From NCBI GenBank assembly GCA_965219345.1, contig OZ244732.1, positions 640,001-704,000 on the forward strand: 64,000 bases of DNA, written 5' to 3'. A program made the position numbers and the translations under genes. This DNA comes from Nitrosopumilus sp. (GTDB taxonomy: Archaea; Thermoproteota; Nitrososphaeria; Nitrososphaerales; Nitrosopumilaceae). Positions 39,654 through 51,280 of the stretch are shown here, piece by piece. A model generated the notes under the pieces. That model ran no database searches. It saw only the letters and a program-made list of their open reading frames with translations, and had not been told where the DNA came from. Numbering within the stretch: position 1 is the first letter of the stretch; each line of letters begins with the position of its first letter.

Positions 39654-40430
39654 ATGCTAATTACGACATCTGAATTAGAATCAAAACTAGAACAATCTAA
39701 ATTATTATTAATTGATACTCGTTCGTTTAAGGAATATTCGCAGGGGCATATCCCAAGATCAGTCAATTTAGATCTGTTTGCATTTCATTGGATAGATACA
39801 ACAAAAGATGGAATACAAAATTTTAACAAACAAGCAGAGATGATCTTTTCATTTTTAGGGATAACCCCTGAAAAGAAAGTTATTTTTTATGATAATGTTT
39901 CTGGAATGCTAGCTGCAAGAGGTGTTTGGATGTTGGAATATTTTTCACACCAAGATGTATCTTTGTTAGATGGAGGGATGAAAAAATGGAAAAAAGAAAA
40001 TCGACCAATTGAAACAAAACCAAACCCATTTCAACCCTCAAAATTTTCTGGAAAAGTTAATCCTGAAATCATTTCTAGTTATGAATACATTTTAGACAAT
40101 ATTGATTCACTAAAGATTATTGACGCTAGATCTGATGAAGAATATAACGGAACTATTGTAAGGGCAGCACAAGTAGGGCATATTCCAAAATCTGTCAATA
40201 TTGATTGGAATCTTAACATCAATGATGATGGTACTTTCAAATCAAATGAAGAACTATCCAAACTTTACCAAATACCGAAAGATTCTGAAATTGTGACTTA
40301 TTGTCAAGGCGCTTATCGTGCTGCCAACACGTTTCTTGCATTAAAGAAACTTGGTTTTACAAATGTCCGTGTATATCTAGGCTCATGGGGAGAATGGGGA
40401 AATAAACTAGATTTACCTGTGGAAAAATAA
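39654..40430 (+). CDS. Two-domain rhodanese / thiosulfate sulfurtransferase
   Basis: GHIP twice, LDGG, active-site YCQGAYRA, YLGSWGEW. Confidence 0.9.
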   Translation: MLITTSELESKLEQSKLLLIDTRSFKEYSQGHIPRSVNLDLFAFHWIDTTKDGIQNFNKQAEMIFSFLGITPEKKVIFYDNVSGMLAARGVWMLEYFSHQDVSLLDGGMKKWKKENRPIETKPNPFQPSKFSGKVNPEIISSYEYILDNIDSLKIIDARSDEEYNGTIVRAAQVGHIPKSVNIDWNLNINDDGTFKSNEELSKLYQIPKDSEIVTYCQGAYRAANTFLALKKLGFTNVRVYLGSWGEWGNKLDLPVEK

Positions 40431-40463
40431 TTACGAAAAATAGACCTTAAGCATTACAACAAA

Positions 40464-40550
40464 CTATGAACTAACTACCATAACGCCAAAAATGGCAAAT
40501 CCAGCCATAATGAGCGCAGGAATTAAAGTTATTATGAATTCTTTTGACAT
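40464..40550 (-). CDS. 28 aa hydrophobic microprotein downstream of atpI
   Basis: MSKEFIITLIPALIMAGFAIFGVMVVSS*; ATG 14 nt after the atpI stop, preceded by GGAG. Confidence 0.5.
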   Translation of the reverse strand: MSKEFIITLIPALIMAGFAIFGVMVVSS

Positions 40551-40564
40551 TATCTTTCTATCTC

Positions 40565-42664
40565 CTATTTTTTCTTATTCTTCCAAGAATATGAATTGTA
40601 AACCATTTCTGGAACTAATTGTTTGAATGGTTGAGATCCACCATCATACCATTTTGTAAAGAACTCATAGAGGTGAAGCCTTAGAGACTGTATGTACACA
40701 ATCAAACCTTCAATCATCATAATTCCTATCTGTCCTCCTATGATAAGTACAAGAGAAGCTGGATTATCAAGTCCTCCCAAAGACTCATAGGCTTGGTTAA
40801 CTGTAAGCAAAAGAGCTGCATGTACTAGAAGCATAATTCCTATTCGTGCATAACTGATAGAGTGCGCTAGACATTCAATGGTCTTTCCAAGCAAAACTTC
40901 CATTATGACACTTACCATATCTCCACCATCATCTGGATGTTTCTTGTTATGTCTTATCCCACCAATAATCATCAATACAACACATGCAAGAATAATAATA
41001 ATTGAAACTCTAACAACTAACCATACAACTGCCCACTCTCCGACAAGTACAGAGACCCAAGGGACGGCTTCTGCGTGAATCTTAGAATACATATTCATGA
41101 CATCATATCCGGAACCTATTGCTCCCATCATAACTCCAAAAACTCCTAACCACATGAACATATTGGGAATAGCTTCGAAGATCAATGCATCTTTGTCTTT
41201 CTTTTTTGCAAAGTTGCGCATACGTAAAAGGAAAGCCCACCCTAGATGAATAACTCCTAAGAACATTGACACTTTGAGAATCATGATTACTTGATCAAAT
41301 GTCAATTCTGCTACACTGATAGCTCCTATCAACCACGAAATTGAATGAAGTGGTCCACCCTCATGTAACAATGCTTCAAAGCCTGCAAAGTGTTCTAAAT
41401 GAAAACCAAATATTTCTCCCTGAAAAACTCCAGCAAGTGCACCTGCTCCACCAGACATTGCAAGTAACATTCCCCATCTTGATAGTGTGCCCTGTCCTTT
41501 GAATTTGAATAATAGTCCTAAGCCCATTAACAATAATCCATGGCCCACATCTGCAAACATTAATCCATAAAAAATAGGCCACATGAGTGCTATCATCCAT
41601 GTAGGATCAAATTCTCCTCTCCTGGGAATTCCTTGACTGTTGGTAATTACTTCATATGTTCTAACCCACTTGGGATTATCCAAATAAACAGGAATATCTG
41701 ATATCTTTTCATCTTTGATATCTTCAGTTATTGATGTCCATTGACTTGTTACCCGTTTGAACTTTTTTTCCATTTTCTTGGGAATATACCCTTGAATAAC
41801 TGCAAAATTTTTAGTGCCTCCTGGTTTACGTAATGTTTCAAGAGCTTCTTTTGCTACAAATGCATTTTCATGCATTGTTAGAATTTCACCACGAATTTTT
41901 TTTGTGATAGATGCTAATTCTTTTGAAATTGATTTTTGTTTTCCTGTTAGCTCCTTTATTTTTGCTTCTGCTAAAGAATACGCTTCACTTGGAATTTGAG
42001 GAAAATCTTTGGGTATGCTAAATGGATTCGAATTAAGGGCTCTCATAACTTTGAGAATTTTATCAGAGTCATCAATATCAGAAATTATTATAATAGCTGA
42101 TTTTTCTTTAGATTCTAAATCGTATTTGAAAATTGGTATTCCCTCTAATGATCGTTCAATCTCTCCATAATCCGAGGAATTAATTACAAATAGATTTGTA
42201 TAGAAATAATTCATGGATCCAAAACCAGTTAGATCAACTTTCAGCTTGTTTGCAACTTGTAATGTTTCTTTTAATGATATGAACTCTTCAAGAGAGTGAT
42301 TAACTTTTGAATTTTCTTCTAATACTTTAGCTGCTTTGGTGATACTTTCTGGAGTTTTCTCCAGATCTGCAATCAAATCTTCAATTTCTTCAATCTCGTA
42401 ATTTTTCTTTTTAATCACAGTACCTTTGAAAAGAATCTCCATGATGCCAACTCGCAGAGGAATATTCAATCCCTTAATCACATCTTCAATAAATTGATGT
42501 GTTTTTTGAGCCCGTAAAAGAAGATCATCAATTTCAGGAGTGACTGTTTCATTTTCCATCTCCATTTTATGAAACCATTCAAACTCGGTTAGACGTGATA
42601 TTGCTTTTGGAGATTCAGTTCTTGGAAGTATAACACTGCCCATCAGAAGTTCTGCAACAGCCAC
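40565..42664 (-). CDS. atpI: A/V-type ATP synthase subunit I (a)
   Basis: FDPT, FYGLMFADVGHG, HSISYAR (essential Arg) and LRLHLYEFF motifs. Confidence 0.95.
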   Translation of the reverse strand: MAVAELLMGSVILPRTESPKAISRLTEFEWFHKMEMENETVTPEIDDLLLRAQKTHQFIEDVIKGLNIPLRVGIMEILFKGTVIKKKNYEIEEIEDLIADLEKTPESITKAAKVLEENSKVNHSLEEFISLKETLQVANKLKVDLTGFGSMNYFYTNLFVINSSDYGEIERSLEGIPIFKYDLESKEKSAIIIISDIDDSDKILKVMRALNSNPFSIPKDFPQIPSEAYSLAEAKIKELTGKQKSISKELASITKKIRGEILTMHENAFVAKEALETLRKPGGTKNFAVIQGYIPKKMEKKFKRVTSQWTSITEDIKDEKISDIPVYLDNPKWVRTYEVITNSQGIPRRGEFDPTWMIALMWPIFYGLMFADVGHGLLLMGLGLLFKFKGQGTLSRWGMLLAMSGGAGALAGVFQGEIFGFHLEHFAGFEALLHEGGPLHSISWLIGAISVAELTFDQVIMILKVSMFLGVIHLGWAFLLRMRNFAKKKDKDALIFEAIPNMFMWLGVFGVMMGAIGSGYDVMNMYSKIHAEAVPWVSVLVGEWAVVWLVVRVSIIIILACVVLMIIGGIRHNKKHPDDGGDMVSVIMEVLLGKTIECLAHSISYARIGIMLLVHAALLLTVNQAYESLGGLDNPASLVLIIGGQIGIMMIEGLIVYIQSLRLHLYEFFTKWYDGGSQPFKQLVPEMVYNSYSWKNKKK

Positions 42665-42785
42665 ACTTCCAACGAAGATTATTACATTATAATATCTTTC
42701 CAAGTACAAATTGAAAATATGATTTTTTTTGAATTATCAAGTTCCTTCCAAACATTAAAATCCATTATTGAATGATCATTTCGCA

Positions 42786-43385
42786 TTGACATCTAATTCG
42801 TTATTAGAACAAGCTATTGACAAAATTCTTAAGAAAACTGAGAAAGAAATTCTATTAGATCTTAAAAACTCAGGTTCAGATTCTAAACAAACACTAGATG
42901 ACTCACTTCCTACACTAGAACAAGAATATGATAAAATTATTTCAGATGGAAAAAAAGAAGCAGACAAAATTGAAAAACAGATTGTTGGCAGTTCCGATCT
43001 AGATGTTAGAAATAAAGAACTCTTGTTATTAGAAGAAGGAGTTGACAAGGTCTTTTCAAAAGCATTAGATCAAATAGCAAATACTGATCGAAGTGGAGAT
43101 TATTCAAAACTAATTAAAACTATGTTAGATGAATCAACTAAAATTTTAGGTACAACTGAAGTTACAGTTTTTACAAATACTAGGGATAAAGACGTAGTAC
43201 AATCAATACTATCAAAATATTCTGGTGCAGAATTGTCCTCTGAAACAATTGATTGTATTGGTGGCGTTTTAATAAAATCTAAAGATGGTGCAATGACATT
43301 TGATAATACCATTGATGCAAGAATTGAACGCTTTAAGCCTTTAATAAGGAAAGAAATTGCATCCGCATTCGGAGTGGGAAATTAG
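42786..43385 (+). CDS. atpE: A/V-type ATP synthase subunit E
   Basis: Coiled N-terminus; IGGVLI..DG..FDNT. Confidence 0.9.
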   Translation: MTSNSLLEQAIDKILKKTEKEILLDLKNSGSDSKQTLDDSLPTLEQEYDKIISDGKKEADKIEKQIVGSSDLDVRNKELLLLEEGVDKVFSKALDQIANTDRSGDYSKLIKTMLDESTKILGTTEVTVFTNTRDKDVVQSILSKYSGAELSSETIDCIGGVLIKSKDGAMTFDNTIDARIERFKPLIRKEIASAFGVGN

Positions 43386-43386
43386 A

Positions 43387-45165
43387 ATGGCAGCTCAAGG
43401 TAGAATTGTTTGGGTAAGCGGTCCGGCAGTTAGGGCTGATGGTATGTCAGAAGCAAAGATGTATGAAACTGTGACTGTTGGTAATGCAAAATTAGTAGGC
43501 GAAGTAATTCGATTAACTGGCGATGTAGCATTCATCCAAGTTTATGAATCAACCAGTGGGCTGAAACCAGGTGAGCCTGTAGTTGGTACTGGAAACCCAC
43601 TTAGTGTCTTGTTAGGTCCAGGAATTATTGGTCAACTTTATGATGGAATTCAAAGACCATTAAGAGAATTATCAAAAGCCTCTGGTTCATTCATTGGAAG
43701 AGGTATCACTACTACTCCAGTTGACATGACAAAAAAATATCATTTTGTACCAACTGTAAGTAATGGTGACGAAGTTTCAGCAGGAAATATTATTGGAACT
43801 GTTAAAGAAACTGATCTAATTGATCATTCCATTATGGTGCCACCAGAGCATAAAGGTGGAAAAATTTCAAATTTAGTATCCGAAGGAGATTATGATTTAG
43901 AAACTGTATTAGCAACAACTGAGAAAGACGGTCAGAATATTGAACTAAAAATGTATCACAAGTGGCCTGTAAGAAAACCACGTCCATACAAGAGCAGATA
44001 CGATCCAACTGTTCCTCTACTAACTGGACAACGTGTTATAGACACATTTTTCCCAATTGCAAAAGGTGGAACTGGCTCAATTCCTGGAGCATTTGGAACA
44101 GGAAAGACTGTTACATTACACCAAATTGCAAAATGGGCTGACTCTCAAGTTGTTGTTTACATTGGTTGTGGTGAAAGAGGAAACGAGATGACTGAAGTGC
44201 TAGTTGAATTCCCACACCTCAAAGACCCACGTAGTGGAAAACCACTTATGGATAGAACCGTCCTTGTTGCAAATACTAGTAACATGCCAGTGGCAGCAAG
44301 AGAGGCAAGTATCTACACCGGTGTAACAATTGCAGAATATTACAGAGATATGGGTAAAGATGTTGTACTTGTAGCAGACTCTACAAGTAGATGGGCAGAA
44401 GCACTCAGAGAAATGAGTGGCAGATTAGAAGAGATGCCAGCGGAAGAAGGTTATCCATCATATCTTGCATCAAGATTAGCAGAATTTTATGAAAGAGCAG
44501 GTCGTGTTAGAGCAGCTGGAAGTCCAGACCGTGACGGTTCAGTTACTTTGATTGGTGCTGTATCTCCATCAGGTGGTGACTTTACAGAACCAGTTACAAC
44601 TCACACAATGAGATTCATCAAAACTTTCTGGGCTTTGGATGCAAAACTTGCATACTCTAGACATTATCCATCAATCAACTGGATGAACAGCTATTCTGGT
44701 TATCTTGCTGATATTGCAAAATGGTGGAGTGAAAATGTCAGTGAAGATTGGTTTAGCCTAAGAAGTGAAGTATATGGAGTTTTACAAAGAGAAGATACAC
44801 TAAAAGAAATTGTCAGACTTTTAGGTCCAGAAGCATTACCTGATGAAGAAAAACTAATTCTTGAAGTTGCAAGAATGGTTAAGATTGGTCTTTTACAACA
44901 AAACTCATTTGATGATGTTGATACTTTTTGCAGTCCAGAAAAACAATACAAACTAATGAAATTATTAGTCGACTTTTACACAAGAGGTCAGCAAGCAATC
45001 AAAGGTGGTGCAACATTAGCTGATATTCGCGCAATGTCTGTTATTACTTCAATTCTCAAAGCAAGAATGGATGTCAAAGATGATGAGATATCAAAACTTG
45101 ATCAACTTGATGTAGAGATGCAAGAACAATTCAAATCAATTACAGGAGTGAAAGTATCAAATTGA
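43387..45165 (+). CDS. atpA: A/V-type ATP synthase subunit A
   Basis: [16 protein letters not shown] and [10 protein letters not shown] motifs. Confidence 0.98.
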   Translation: MAAQGRIVWVSGPAVRADGMSEAKMYETVTVGNAKLVGEVIRLTGDVAFIQVYESTSGLKPGEPVVGTGNPLSVLLGPGIIGQLYDGIQRPLRELSKASGSFIGRGITTTPVDMTKKYHFVPTVSNGDEVSAGNIIGTVKETDLIDHSIMVPPEHKGGKISNLVSEGDYDLETVLATTEKDGQNIELKMYHKWPVRKPRPYKSRYDPTVPLLTGQRVIDTFFPIAKGGTGSIPGAFGTGKTVTLHQIAKWADSQVVVYIGCGERGNEMTEVLVEFPHLKDPRSGKPLMDRTVLVANTSNMPVAAREASIYTGVTIAEYYRDMGKDVVLVADSTSRWAEALREMSGRLEEMPAEEGYPSYLASRLAEFYERAGRVRAAGSPDRDGSVTLIGAVSPSGGDFTEPVTTHTMRFIKTFWALDAKLAYSRHYPSINWMNSYSGYLADIAKWWSENVSEDWFSLRSEVYGVLQREDTLKEIVRLLGPEALPDEEKLILEVARMVKIGLLQQNSFDDVDTFCSPEKQYKLMKLLVDFYTRGQQAIKGGATLADIRAMSVITSILKARMDVKDDEISKLDQLDVEMQEQFKSITGVKVSN

Positions 45166-46547
45166 CAACGGAAGGCGGAGTTCAATATAGTAAGATCGCT
45201 GAAATCAAAGGTCCACTAGTAGTCGTAGATGATGTTGACAATGCAGCATTTGATGAACTTGTTGAAATTGAAACTAATGAAGGAGAAAGAAGACTAGGTA
45301 AAGTTCTAGAAGTAGGAAACGGTAAAGCAATCGTTCAGGTTTTCGAGGGAACAACTGGATTATCAATTGCTGCAACTAATGCAAAATTTGTAGGTAAAGT
45401 CATGGAAATGCCAGTATCAAAAGAGGTACTTGGTAGAGTTTTTGATGGACTAGGTAGACCAAAAGATGGACTACCAGATCCAATTGCTGATAAATTTATT
45501 GATATTAACGGTGAACCGATGAATCCTGAACAACGTGAATACCCAAAGGACTTCATTCAAACAGGCGTGTCTGTAATTGATGGAATGATTACTTTAGTTA
45601 GAGGACAAAAACTTCCAATCTTTTCTGGTTCTGGCATGTCTCACAATCTTTTAGCAGCACAAATTGCAAGACAAGCAAATGTTGTTGGAACACAAGATGA
45701 CTTTGCTGTAGTGTTTGCAGCAATCGGTGTGCAATATAGTGAAGCAGAATATTTCAGACGAAGTCTTGAAGATTCTGGCGCACTTAAGAGAAGCGTTCTA
45801 TTTCTAAATACAGCAGATGATCCTGCAATTGAAAGAATTATCACCCCCCGTGTGGCCTTAACTGTAGCTGAATATTTGGCATTTGAATTAGGAATGCATG
45901 TTCTAGTAGTAATGACTGACATGACAAACTATGCAGAAGCATTAAGAGAGATTAGTGCAGCAAGAGAAGAAGTTCCTGGAAGAAAAGGATATCCTGGTTA
46001 TCTTTACACTGATCTTTCAACAATTTATGAAAGAGCAGGTAAACTACAGGGAAGGAAAGGAAGTGTTACTCAAGTTCCAATTTTATCAATGCCATCTGAT
46101 GATATTACTCACCCAATACCTGACCTTACTGGTTACATTACAGAGGGACAAGTAGTACTTGGCAGAGATTTGTTCAGACAAGGAGTTTACCCTCCAATCA
46201 ATATTTTGATGAGTCTTAGTAGGCTGATGAAAGATGGAATTGGTGAAGGAAGTACCAGAGCAGATCACAGTGAAATTTCTAATCAAGTTTATGATGCATA
46301 TTCTAGAGCACAAGAAGTAAGAGCATTGGCAGGTATTGTAGGTAAAGCAGGACTTACTGAAATTGACTTGAAATACATGGATGTTGGTGATGTCTTTGAA
46401 AAAGAATTTCTTGCACAGGCAACTGATGAGAACAGAACAATTGAAGAAACACTTGGAATTTTATGGAAGATTGTTTCTAAACTACCAAAGAATGAGATTA
46501 CTAAAATCAAAGATAAATTCGTAGAACAATATTATCAGGAAAAGTAA
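45162..46547 (+). CDS. atpB: A/V-type ATP synthase subunit B
   Basis: [20 protein letters not shown] and [14 protein letters not shown] motifs. Confidence 0.98.
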   Translation: MTTEGGVQYSKIAEIKGPLVVVDDVDNAAFDELVEIETNEGERRLGKVLEVGNGKAIVQVFEGTTGLSIAATNAKFVGKVMEMPVSKEVLGRVFDGLGRPKDGLPDPIADKFIDINGEPMNPEQREYPKDFIQTGVSVIDGMITLVRGQKLPIFSGSGMSHNLLAAQIARQANVVGTQDDFAVVFAAIGVQYSEAEYFRRSLEDSGALKRSVLFLNTADDPAIERIITPRVALTVAEYLAFELGMHVLVVMTDMTNYAEALREISAAREEVPGRKGYPGYLYTDLSTIYERAGKLQGRKGSVTQVPILSMPSDDITHPIPDLTGYITEGQVVLGRDLFRQGVYPPINILMSLSRLMKDGIGEGSTRADHSEISNQVYDAYSRAQEVRALAGIVGKAGLTEIDLKYMDVGDVFEKEFLAQATDENRTIEETLGILWKIVSKLPKNEITKIKDKFVEQYYQEK

Positions 46548-46551
46548 TAAG

Positions 46552-47184
46552 ATGTCATTTGGACAAAATGTAGCTGCAACAAAAATTGAACTTTTAAAAT
46601 TTAAAAAATCTAGTCAAGTTGCAACAATGGTTCAGAAAATTTTAGATGACAAACGTAAAGTTATCTTAAAAAATATTGAAGAGATGATTGAAGAAGCCTC
46701 AAAAGCAAGAGGTGGTATTTGGGAACCACTACAAGATATCTACAAATCTGTCAATGAATCATACCTTTCATTAGGAACAGGAACAGTTGATTCTATTGCT
46801 GAATCCACACCACCTGTAATGGAAGTAGATGTTCATATACGAAGAGTAGTTGATGTAACGATTCCAGCACTTACAGTAACTGAAAAAGACACAAAATCAT
46901 TGCCATATGGATTTGCAGATACTAATTCTTCAGTTGATAGAGCAGCTAAACAAATCAAAGAACTACTTCCACAAATCTGTAAAGCAGCCGAATATGAAAA
47001 CTCAATCTTTAGCCTCGCAAAAGCACTTGAAAAGGCACAAAAGCTGCTTAATGCTTTAGAAAATGTCATCATTCCTCAATATCAACAAAAAATCAGATTC
47101 ATCCTTGCAACTCTAGAAGAAAGAGAAAGAGAAGAATTCGCAAAGTTAAAAAAAGTAAAAGCTAAGATGGAAAGTAGAAAATAA
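46552..47184 (+). CDS. atpD: A/V-type ATP synthase subunit D
   Basis: NALENVIIP and LEEREREEF motifs. Confidence 0.93.
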   Translation: MSFGQNVAATKIELLKFKKSSQVATMVQKILDDKRKVILKNIEEMIEEASKARGGIWEPLQDIYKSVNESYLSLGTGTVDSIAESTPPVMEVDVHIRRVVDVTIPALTVTEKDTKSLPYGFADTNSSVDRAAKQIKELLPQICKAAEYENSIFSLAKALEKAQKLLNALENVIIPQYQQKIRFILATLEEREREEFAKLKKVKAKMESRK

Positions 47185-47315
47185 TGGCAAAAGAAGAAAT
47201 TAAAAAATTACTTGACAATTCTAAAAAGACATTAGATAACGATCACGAAAATTTCGTAAAATCTATTCAAAATGATCTAACATCATTCAAAAAGAAAACA
47301 CTCGATGAAATTTAA
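47184..47315 (+). CDS. 43 aa helical ORF translationally coupled to atpD
   Basis: TAATG overlap with atpD; MAKEEIKKLLDNSKKTLDNDHENFVKSIQNDLTSFKKKTLDEI. Confidence 0.55.
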   Translation: MAKEEIKKLLDNSKKTLDNDHENFVKSIQNDLTSFKKKTLDEI

Positions 47316-47366
47316 TGTTCTAACTTTATCATGATTTAAATATAGAATTATGAGGAATTCATACAG

Positions 47367-47678
47367 ATGAAATTTAGTGTTTTATTGTTATCAGTGGCAG
47401 CTATTGCATTAGTAGCTGCAGGTCTTACAGATATAGCATATGCTCAAGAAGAAGGAACCGGTGGTATGAGTGATGGTTCCAAACTTATTGGTGCTGGCAT
47501 AGCATTTGGTGTTGCAGCAGGAGGCGCCGGTGTTGGTTTAGGTCAAGTAGGTGCAGCAGGTCTTGCAGTAATAAGTGAAAATCCAGCATTACAGTCCAAA
47601 GTATTCATCTTTGTAGGTATGGTAGAATCAATTGCTATCTATGGTATAGTTATGATGTTTATCATCTTAGGACAATAA
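47367..47678 (+). CDS. atpK: A/V-type ATP synthase proteolipid subunit K (c)
   Basis: Gly-rich hairpin, ENP and ESIAIYG (ion-binding Glu); signal-like N-terminal extension. Confidence 0.93.
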   Translation: MKFSVLLLSVAAIALVAAGLTDIAYAQEEGTGGMSDGSKLIGAGIAFGVAAGGAGVGLGQVGAAGLAVISENPALQSKVFIFVGMVESIAIYGIVMMFIILGQ

Positions 47679-47699
47679 ACCAAAAAATCTTTTTCAAAT

Positions 47700-48161
47700 T
47701 TAATTATATCTTAACTGATTTACATCTAGTACTCTTGAGCAATATCTACACTTGAGTACTCTTCCTTCCTTATCCATAACATCCATTATTGATTCGATGT
47801 GTTCAGTACTGTTTGTGATACAGTCTGGATTTGAGCAACGAAATATTCTATCAACCTCATTTGGAAGAGCAACCCTTCTCTTTTCCACAAGCTTGTAGTT
47901 TTTGATGATGTTAATTGTTGCATTTGGCACAATAACTGCAAGTTTGTTTGTATCGTCATCTTTTAGGAATCTATTTTCTACTTTAATGATGTCTTTTTTC
48001 TTGAATTTGCCACTTGGAACATTCAAGGCTATAGTAATCAAACTTCCATCCTTACCGTCAATTCTTAATGCGTCGAGAACCTGAAGGCCTTTACCTTCAT
48101 CAATATGGTCAATTACAGTACCTTCCTTGATTCGTCGAACCATAAGTTCGGACTGTTCCAT
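47700..48161 (-). CDS. pyrI: Aspartate carbamoyltransferase regulatory chain
   Basis: GTVIDHI, KKDIIK, CSNPDCIT and CRYC motifs. Confidence 0.95.
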   Translation of the reverse strand: MEQSELMVRRIKEGTVIDHIDEGKGLQVLDALRIDGKDGSLITIALNVPSGKFKKKDIIKVENRFLKDDDTNKLAVIVPNATINIIKNYKLVEKRRVALPNEVDRIFRCSNPDCITNSTEHIESIMDVMDKEGRVLKCRYCSRVLDVNQLRYN

Positions 48162-48202
48162 CAGAATACTTTGTATAGTCACTGGTATATAATATTGAAA
48201 GG

Positions 48203-49132
48203 ATGAACGAGTTCTATCAAAAAGATATCATCTCAATTAAGGAATTTGATAAAGAAAAACTAGAGAAAATTTTTGTATCAACAGATAAGATAATGAAACT
48301 AAATCCTACAGAGAGAAGAGAGATTTGTAAAGGAAATACCCTAGCTTATCTATTTTATGAGCCAAGTACCAGAACTCGTCTTAGTTTTGATTCTGCTATG
48401 GCATCAGTTGGTGGTAATTCATTAGGAATCTCTGATATCACTTCTTCTTCTGCACAAAAAGGTGAAAGTCTTGCTGATACTGTAAGAATAATGTCAATTT
48501 ACTCTGATGTTCTTGTTTTACGACACACTTTGGATGGTTCAAGTAGATTTGCAGCTGAAATTTCAGAAAAACCAATAATCAATGCTGGAAGTGGAACAGA
48601 AGAACATCCTACACAGGCACTTCAAGATTTGTATACAATTAAAAAAGAAAAGAAAAAAATTGATGGTCTGAAGATTGGAATTGTAGGCGATCTGAAGTAT
48701 GGGCGAACTGTTTATTCTCTGTTACATGGACTTGGAAACTATGATGTTGACGTTCGTTTAATTTCTCCAGAATCTCTTAGAGTACGATCTGATTCAATTT
48801 ATGAAATTAAAAAGAAATTGAACTTTACTGAATCTACAAACATTGAAGAACACATTGATGAGCTTGATGTTCTTTATGTAACAAGAATACAAAAGGAGAG
48901 ATTTCCTGATGAGGAAGAATATCTAAAAGTCAAAGGAAGCTATGTTGTAGGATTGGATTTGCTGAAACAAATGAAAGATGATTCTATAATTTTACATCCT
49001 CTTCCAAGGATAGATGAAATTTCAACTGATATTGATAACACAAAAAATGCAAAATACTTTGAGCAAGCCGAATATGGAAAACATATACGCGCAGCTCTAT
49101 TAGGCTTAATACTAAACGAGAACGGATTTTAA
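48203..49132 (+). CDS. pyrB: Aspartate carbamoyltransferase catalytic chain
   Basis: EPSTRTRLSF, HPTQ, YVTRIQKER and HPLPR motifs. Confidence 0.97.
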   Translation: MNEFYQKDIISIKEFDKEKLEKIFVSTDKIMKLNPTERREICKGNTLAYLFYEPSTRTRLSFDSAMASVGGNSLGISDITSSSAQKGESLADTVRIMSIYSDVLVLRHTLDGSSRFAAEISEKPIINAGSGTEEHPTQALQDLYTIKKEKKKIDGLKIGIVGDLKYGRTVYSLLHGLGNYDVDVRLISPESLRVRSDSIYEIKKKLNFTESTNIEEHIDELDVLYVTRIQKERFPDEEEYLKVKGSYVVGLDLLKQMKDDSIILHPLPRIDEISTDIDNTKNAKYFEQAEYGKHIRAALLGLILNENGF

Positions 49133-49184
49133 AATAAATTAGAATCCGTATTTCATATATTTAGAGACATTTCAATATGATTAG

Positions 49185-49895
49185 TTGACCCAGACAAAAG
49201 TAATTCCAATATTTCCTTTAGATTTAGTTTTATTTCCTAGACAGGAACTCCCACTTCGAATATTCGAGCCTCGCTACAAGCAATTAGTTGATGATTGTAT
49301 GTTAGGTAATGGTCAGTTTGGTGTATGTTTGATTGATGAAAAAAATTCTGTAAGTGGTTGGAATTCTCCCAAACTGGTTGGGACAATTGCCAAAATCACG
49401 AAGTGCGAAGACGTTCAACTTGATGGATTGCAACTACACATTGAGACAATAGGTAGAAGCTCATTTAAAATTAAAAAAATTATTCCACCCTTAATTCCTC
49501 AACCCGTAAACTATGATCCTCTTTCAGTAGAGGGACATCAAGAAATATCTGAAATGCATGAGAAGGTTGGAACTGAAGAAAAAATGTACATTCAAGCTGA
49601 AGTTGAAATGATTCCAGAAATTGATGCAAATATTTCACTAGACCAGTGGGAAAAACTAGTTGAATTATGGAAAAAGAAAACTATTACACAAGCATTGCCT
49701 CAAGTTGTTGAACCACATACATTAGAACATGTTTTAGAACAATACTATCTTGCTACCGATACACCTGCAATTGATTACATCTATTCATTGTCTGCACTTG
49801 GTGCAAATGATCCAAATGATCTCCAATTAATCCTAGAGGCAACAACAATGAATGATCTGATTCAAAAAGTTGAAGAATTACTGACAGTAAAATAA
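49185..49895 (+). CDS. Stand-alone Lon N-terminal substrate-binding domain protein
   Basis: PIFPL..VLFP...LPLRIFEPRY motif. Confidence 0.85.
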   Translation: MTQTKVIPIFPLDLVLFPRQELPLRIFEPRYKQLVDDCMLGNGQFGVCLIDEKNSVSGWNSPKLVGTIAKITKCEDVQLDGLQLHIETIGRSSFKIKKIIPPLIPQPVNYDPLSVEGHQEISEMHEKVGTEEKMYIQAEVEMIPEIDANISLDQWEKLVELWKKKTITQALPQVVEPHTLEHVLEQYYLATDTPAIDYIYSLSALGANDPNDLQLILEATTMNDLIQKVEELLTVK

Positions 49896-49906
49896 CCCCT
49901 GATGAA

Positions 49907-51280
49907 ATGAAAATAATGTTACTATTGACAAAATTTGGAATATTTGCATTAGTTGTATGTTCACTGTTTCCGGCAAGTAGTGTTTATGGACATGGGTTGG
50001 GAATTGATACCATTTCTTCAATAGATATCCAAGGAAAAAAAATCTCAATATCAGTTGAGATGCCAATGTATTTTGAAAATAATCAAGAGCAGATCACAAT
50101 TACAGCAATTGAAAAGGAAACAAAAGAAAATGCAAAAAATGTCACATTTCTAATTGGTTTGTTTCATGAAAATGAACTGATTTTTAGAAACTATTTCTTT
50201 GCAGAAGATGGTATTTTACCAATTAAAATAACACCAACACAAGAAGGCGAAGTAACAATTCATGGTGAGCAAGACTCTTTGCTTGGAGCATGGCATGGAA
50301 CTGAATCCAGTCCTATAGAAATTACAGGACCTCTGTTTGATTCAGGTGGCTTGTACAATTTTGAGATTGAAGTAAGAACGATTGATGAACCAACTAACAT
50401 CATAGAAGACTCTGGCATTTATAATGCAGATCTGAGTATTATTGAGACTACCTCTTACATTCAAAAAGATGCGGAAAATATTGATGTGAAATTTAGTGTA
50501 CAGTCATATTTTGATAAAATTTCTAATTTTGAGTACGATCCTGAGGCTAAACAGGTAACATTTGAAATGCCATTTGACTGGAATGAAAAAGAAATGTCTC
50601 ATGTACCTGTGGTCCATGTAGAAGTTCATTTTCCAAAAGATTTTACTGAATTTTTAACTCCTGGTTATTTGGGATATGCAAATGGAGTTGAACTATTCAA
50701 GGCTTCATTAATAACTGATGATTATACAGAAGAGGATGAAAGAAGAATTCACTTTGTTTTGTTGCAAGATCATCTAAGATTTTTGAAAAATGAAATGAAA
50801 AAATCAGATGAGTCATTACCTGACAATATTGTATTTACATTATCTACTAGCAAAAATATTCAGTTACCTTTAGTTGCATATACAAAAAGTGAAGATTTTA
50901 AATTAAATCTTTCATGGGATCCTGTAGAGATAGAACCGGGAACTAATACAAACTTTGTTTTTACTATTAGAGATGGACAAACTAGTGAACCACTACGAAA
51001 TTCTGATTATACATTTGTAATTATTCAAAATGGAAAAGAGATTCACCGTACATCAGGAACAGCACTAATTGGTGGTAACTTTGAAAAATTTACATTTGGT
51101 AAAGATCAGACTGGTCACACAATAATAAAATTTGAAAATATTCAAAATACTGGACAAGAAACTGAATTTGGAATTGTTGTCGTACCGGAATTTGGAACTA
51201 TTGCATTACTTGTCTTAGTAACCTCAACAATTGGTATGATTATTGTTACTAGAAGAAATTCATTTAGATTTGGTATCTAA
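49907..51280 (+). CDS. PEFG-CTERM surface protein with mature N-terminus HGLG
   Basis: Signal peptide; C-terminal VVPEFG plus TM and basic tail. Confidence 0.8.
   Translation: MKIMLLLTKFGIFALVVCSLFPASSVYGHGLGIDTISSIDIQGKKISISVEMPMYFENNQEQITITAIEKETKENAKNVTFLIGLFHENELIFRNYFFAEDGILPIKITPTQEGEVTIHGEQDSLLGAWHGTESSPIEITGPLFDSGGLYNFEIEVRTIDEPTNIIEDSGIYNADLSIIETTSYIQKDAENIDVKFSVQSYFDKISNFEYDPEAKQVTFEMPFDWNEKEMSHVPVVHVEVHFPKDFTEFLTPGYLGYANGVELFKASLITDDYTEEDERRIHFVLLQDHLRFLKNEMKKSDESLPDNIVFTLSTSKNIQLPLVAYTKSEDFKLNLSWDPVEIEPGTNTNFVFTIRDGQTSEPLRNSDYTFVIIQNGKEIHRTSGTALIGGNFEKFTFGKDQTGHTIIKFENIQNTGQETEFGIVVVPEFGTIALLVLVTSTIGMIIVTRRNSFRFGI

Noticed and set aside
47367-47460. Signal-like N-terminal extension on AtpK
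   Set aside because: Leader sequences on archaeal proteolipids are already known.
40565-47678. Horizontally acquired V-type ATPase operon of acidophilic or deep-sea AOA
   Set aside because: The split layout (atpI divergent, atpC separate) and single-hairpin proteolipid fit the ordinary A-type locus.
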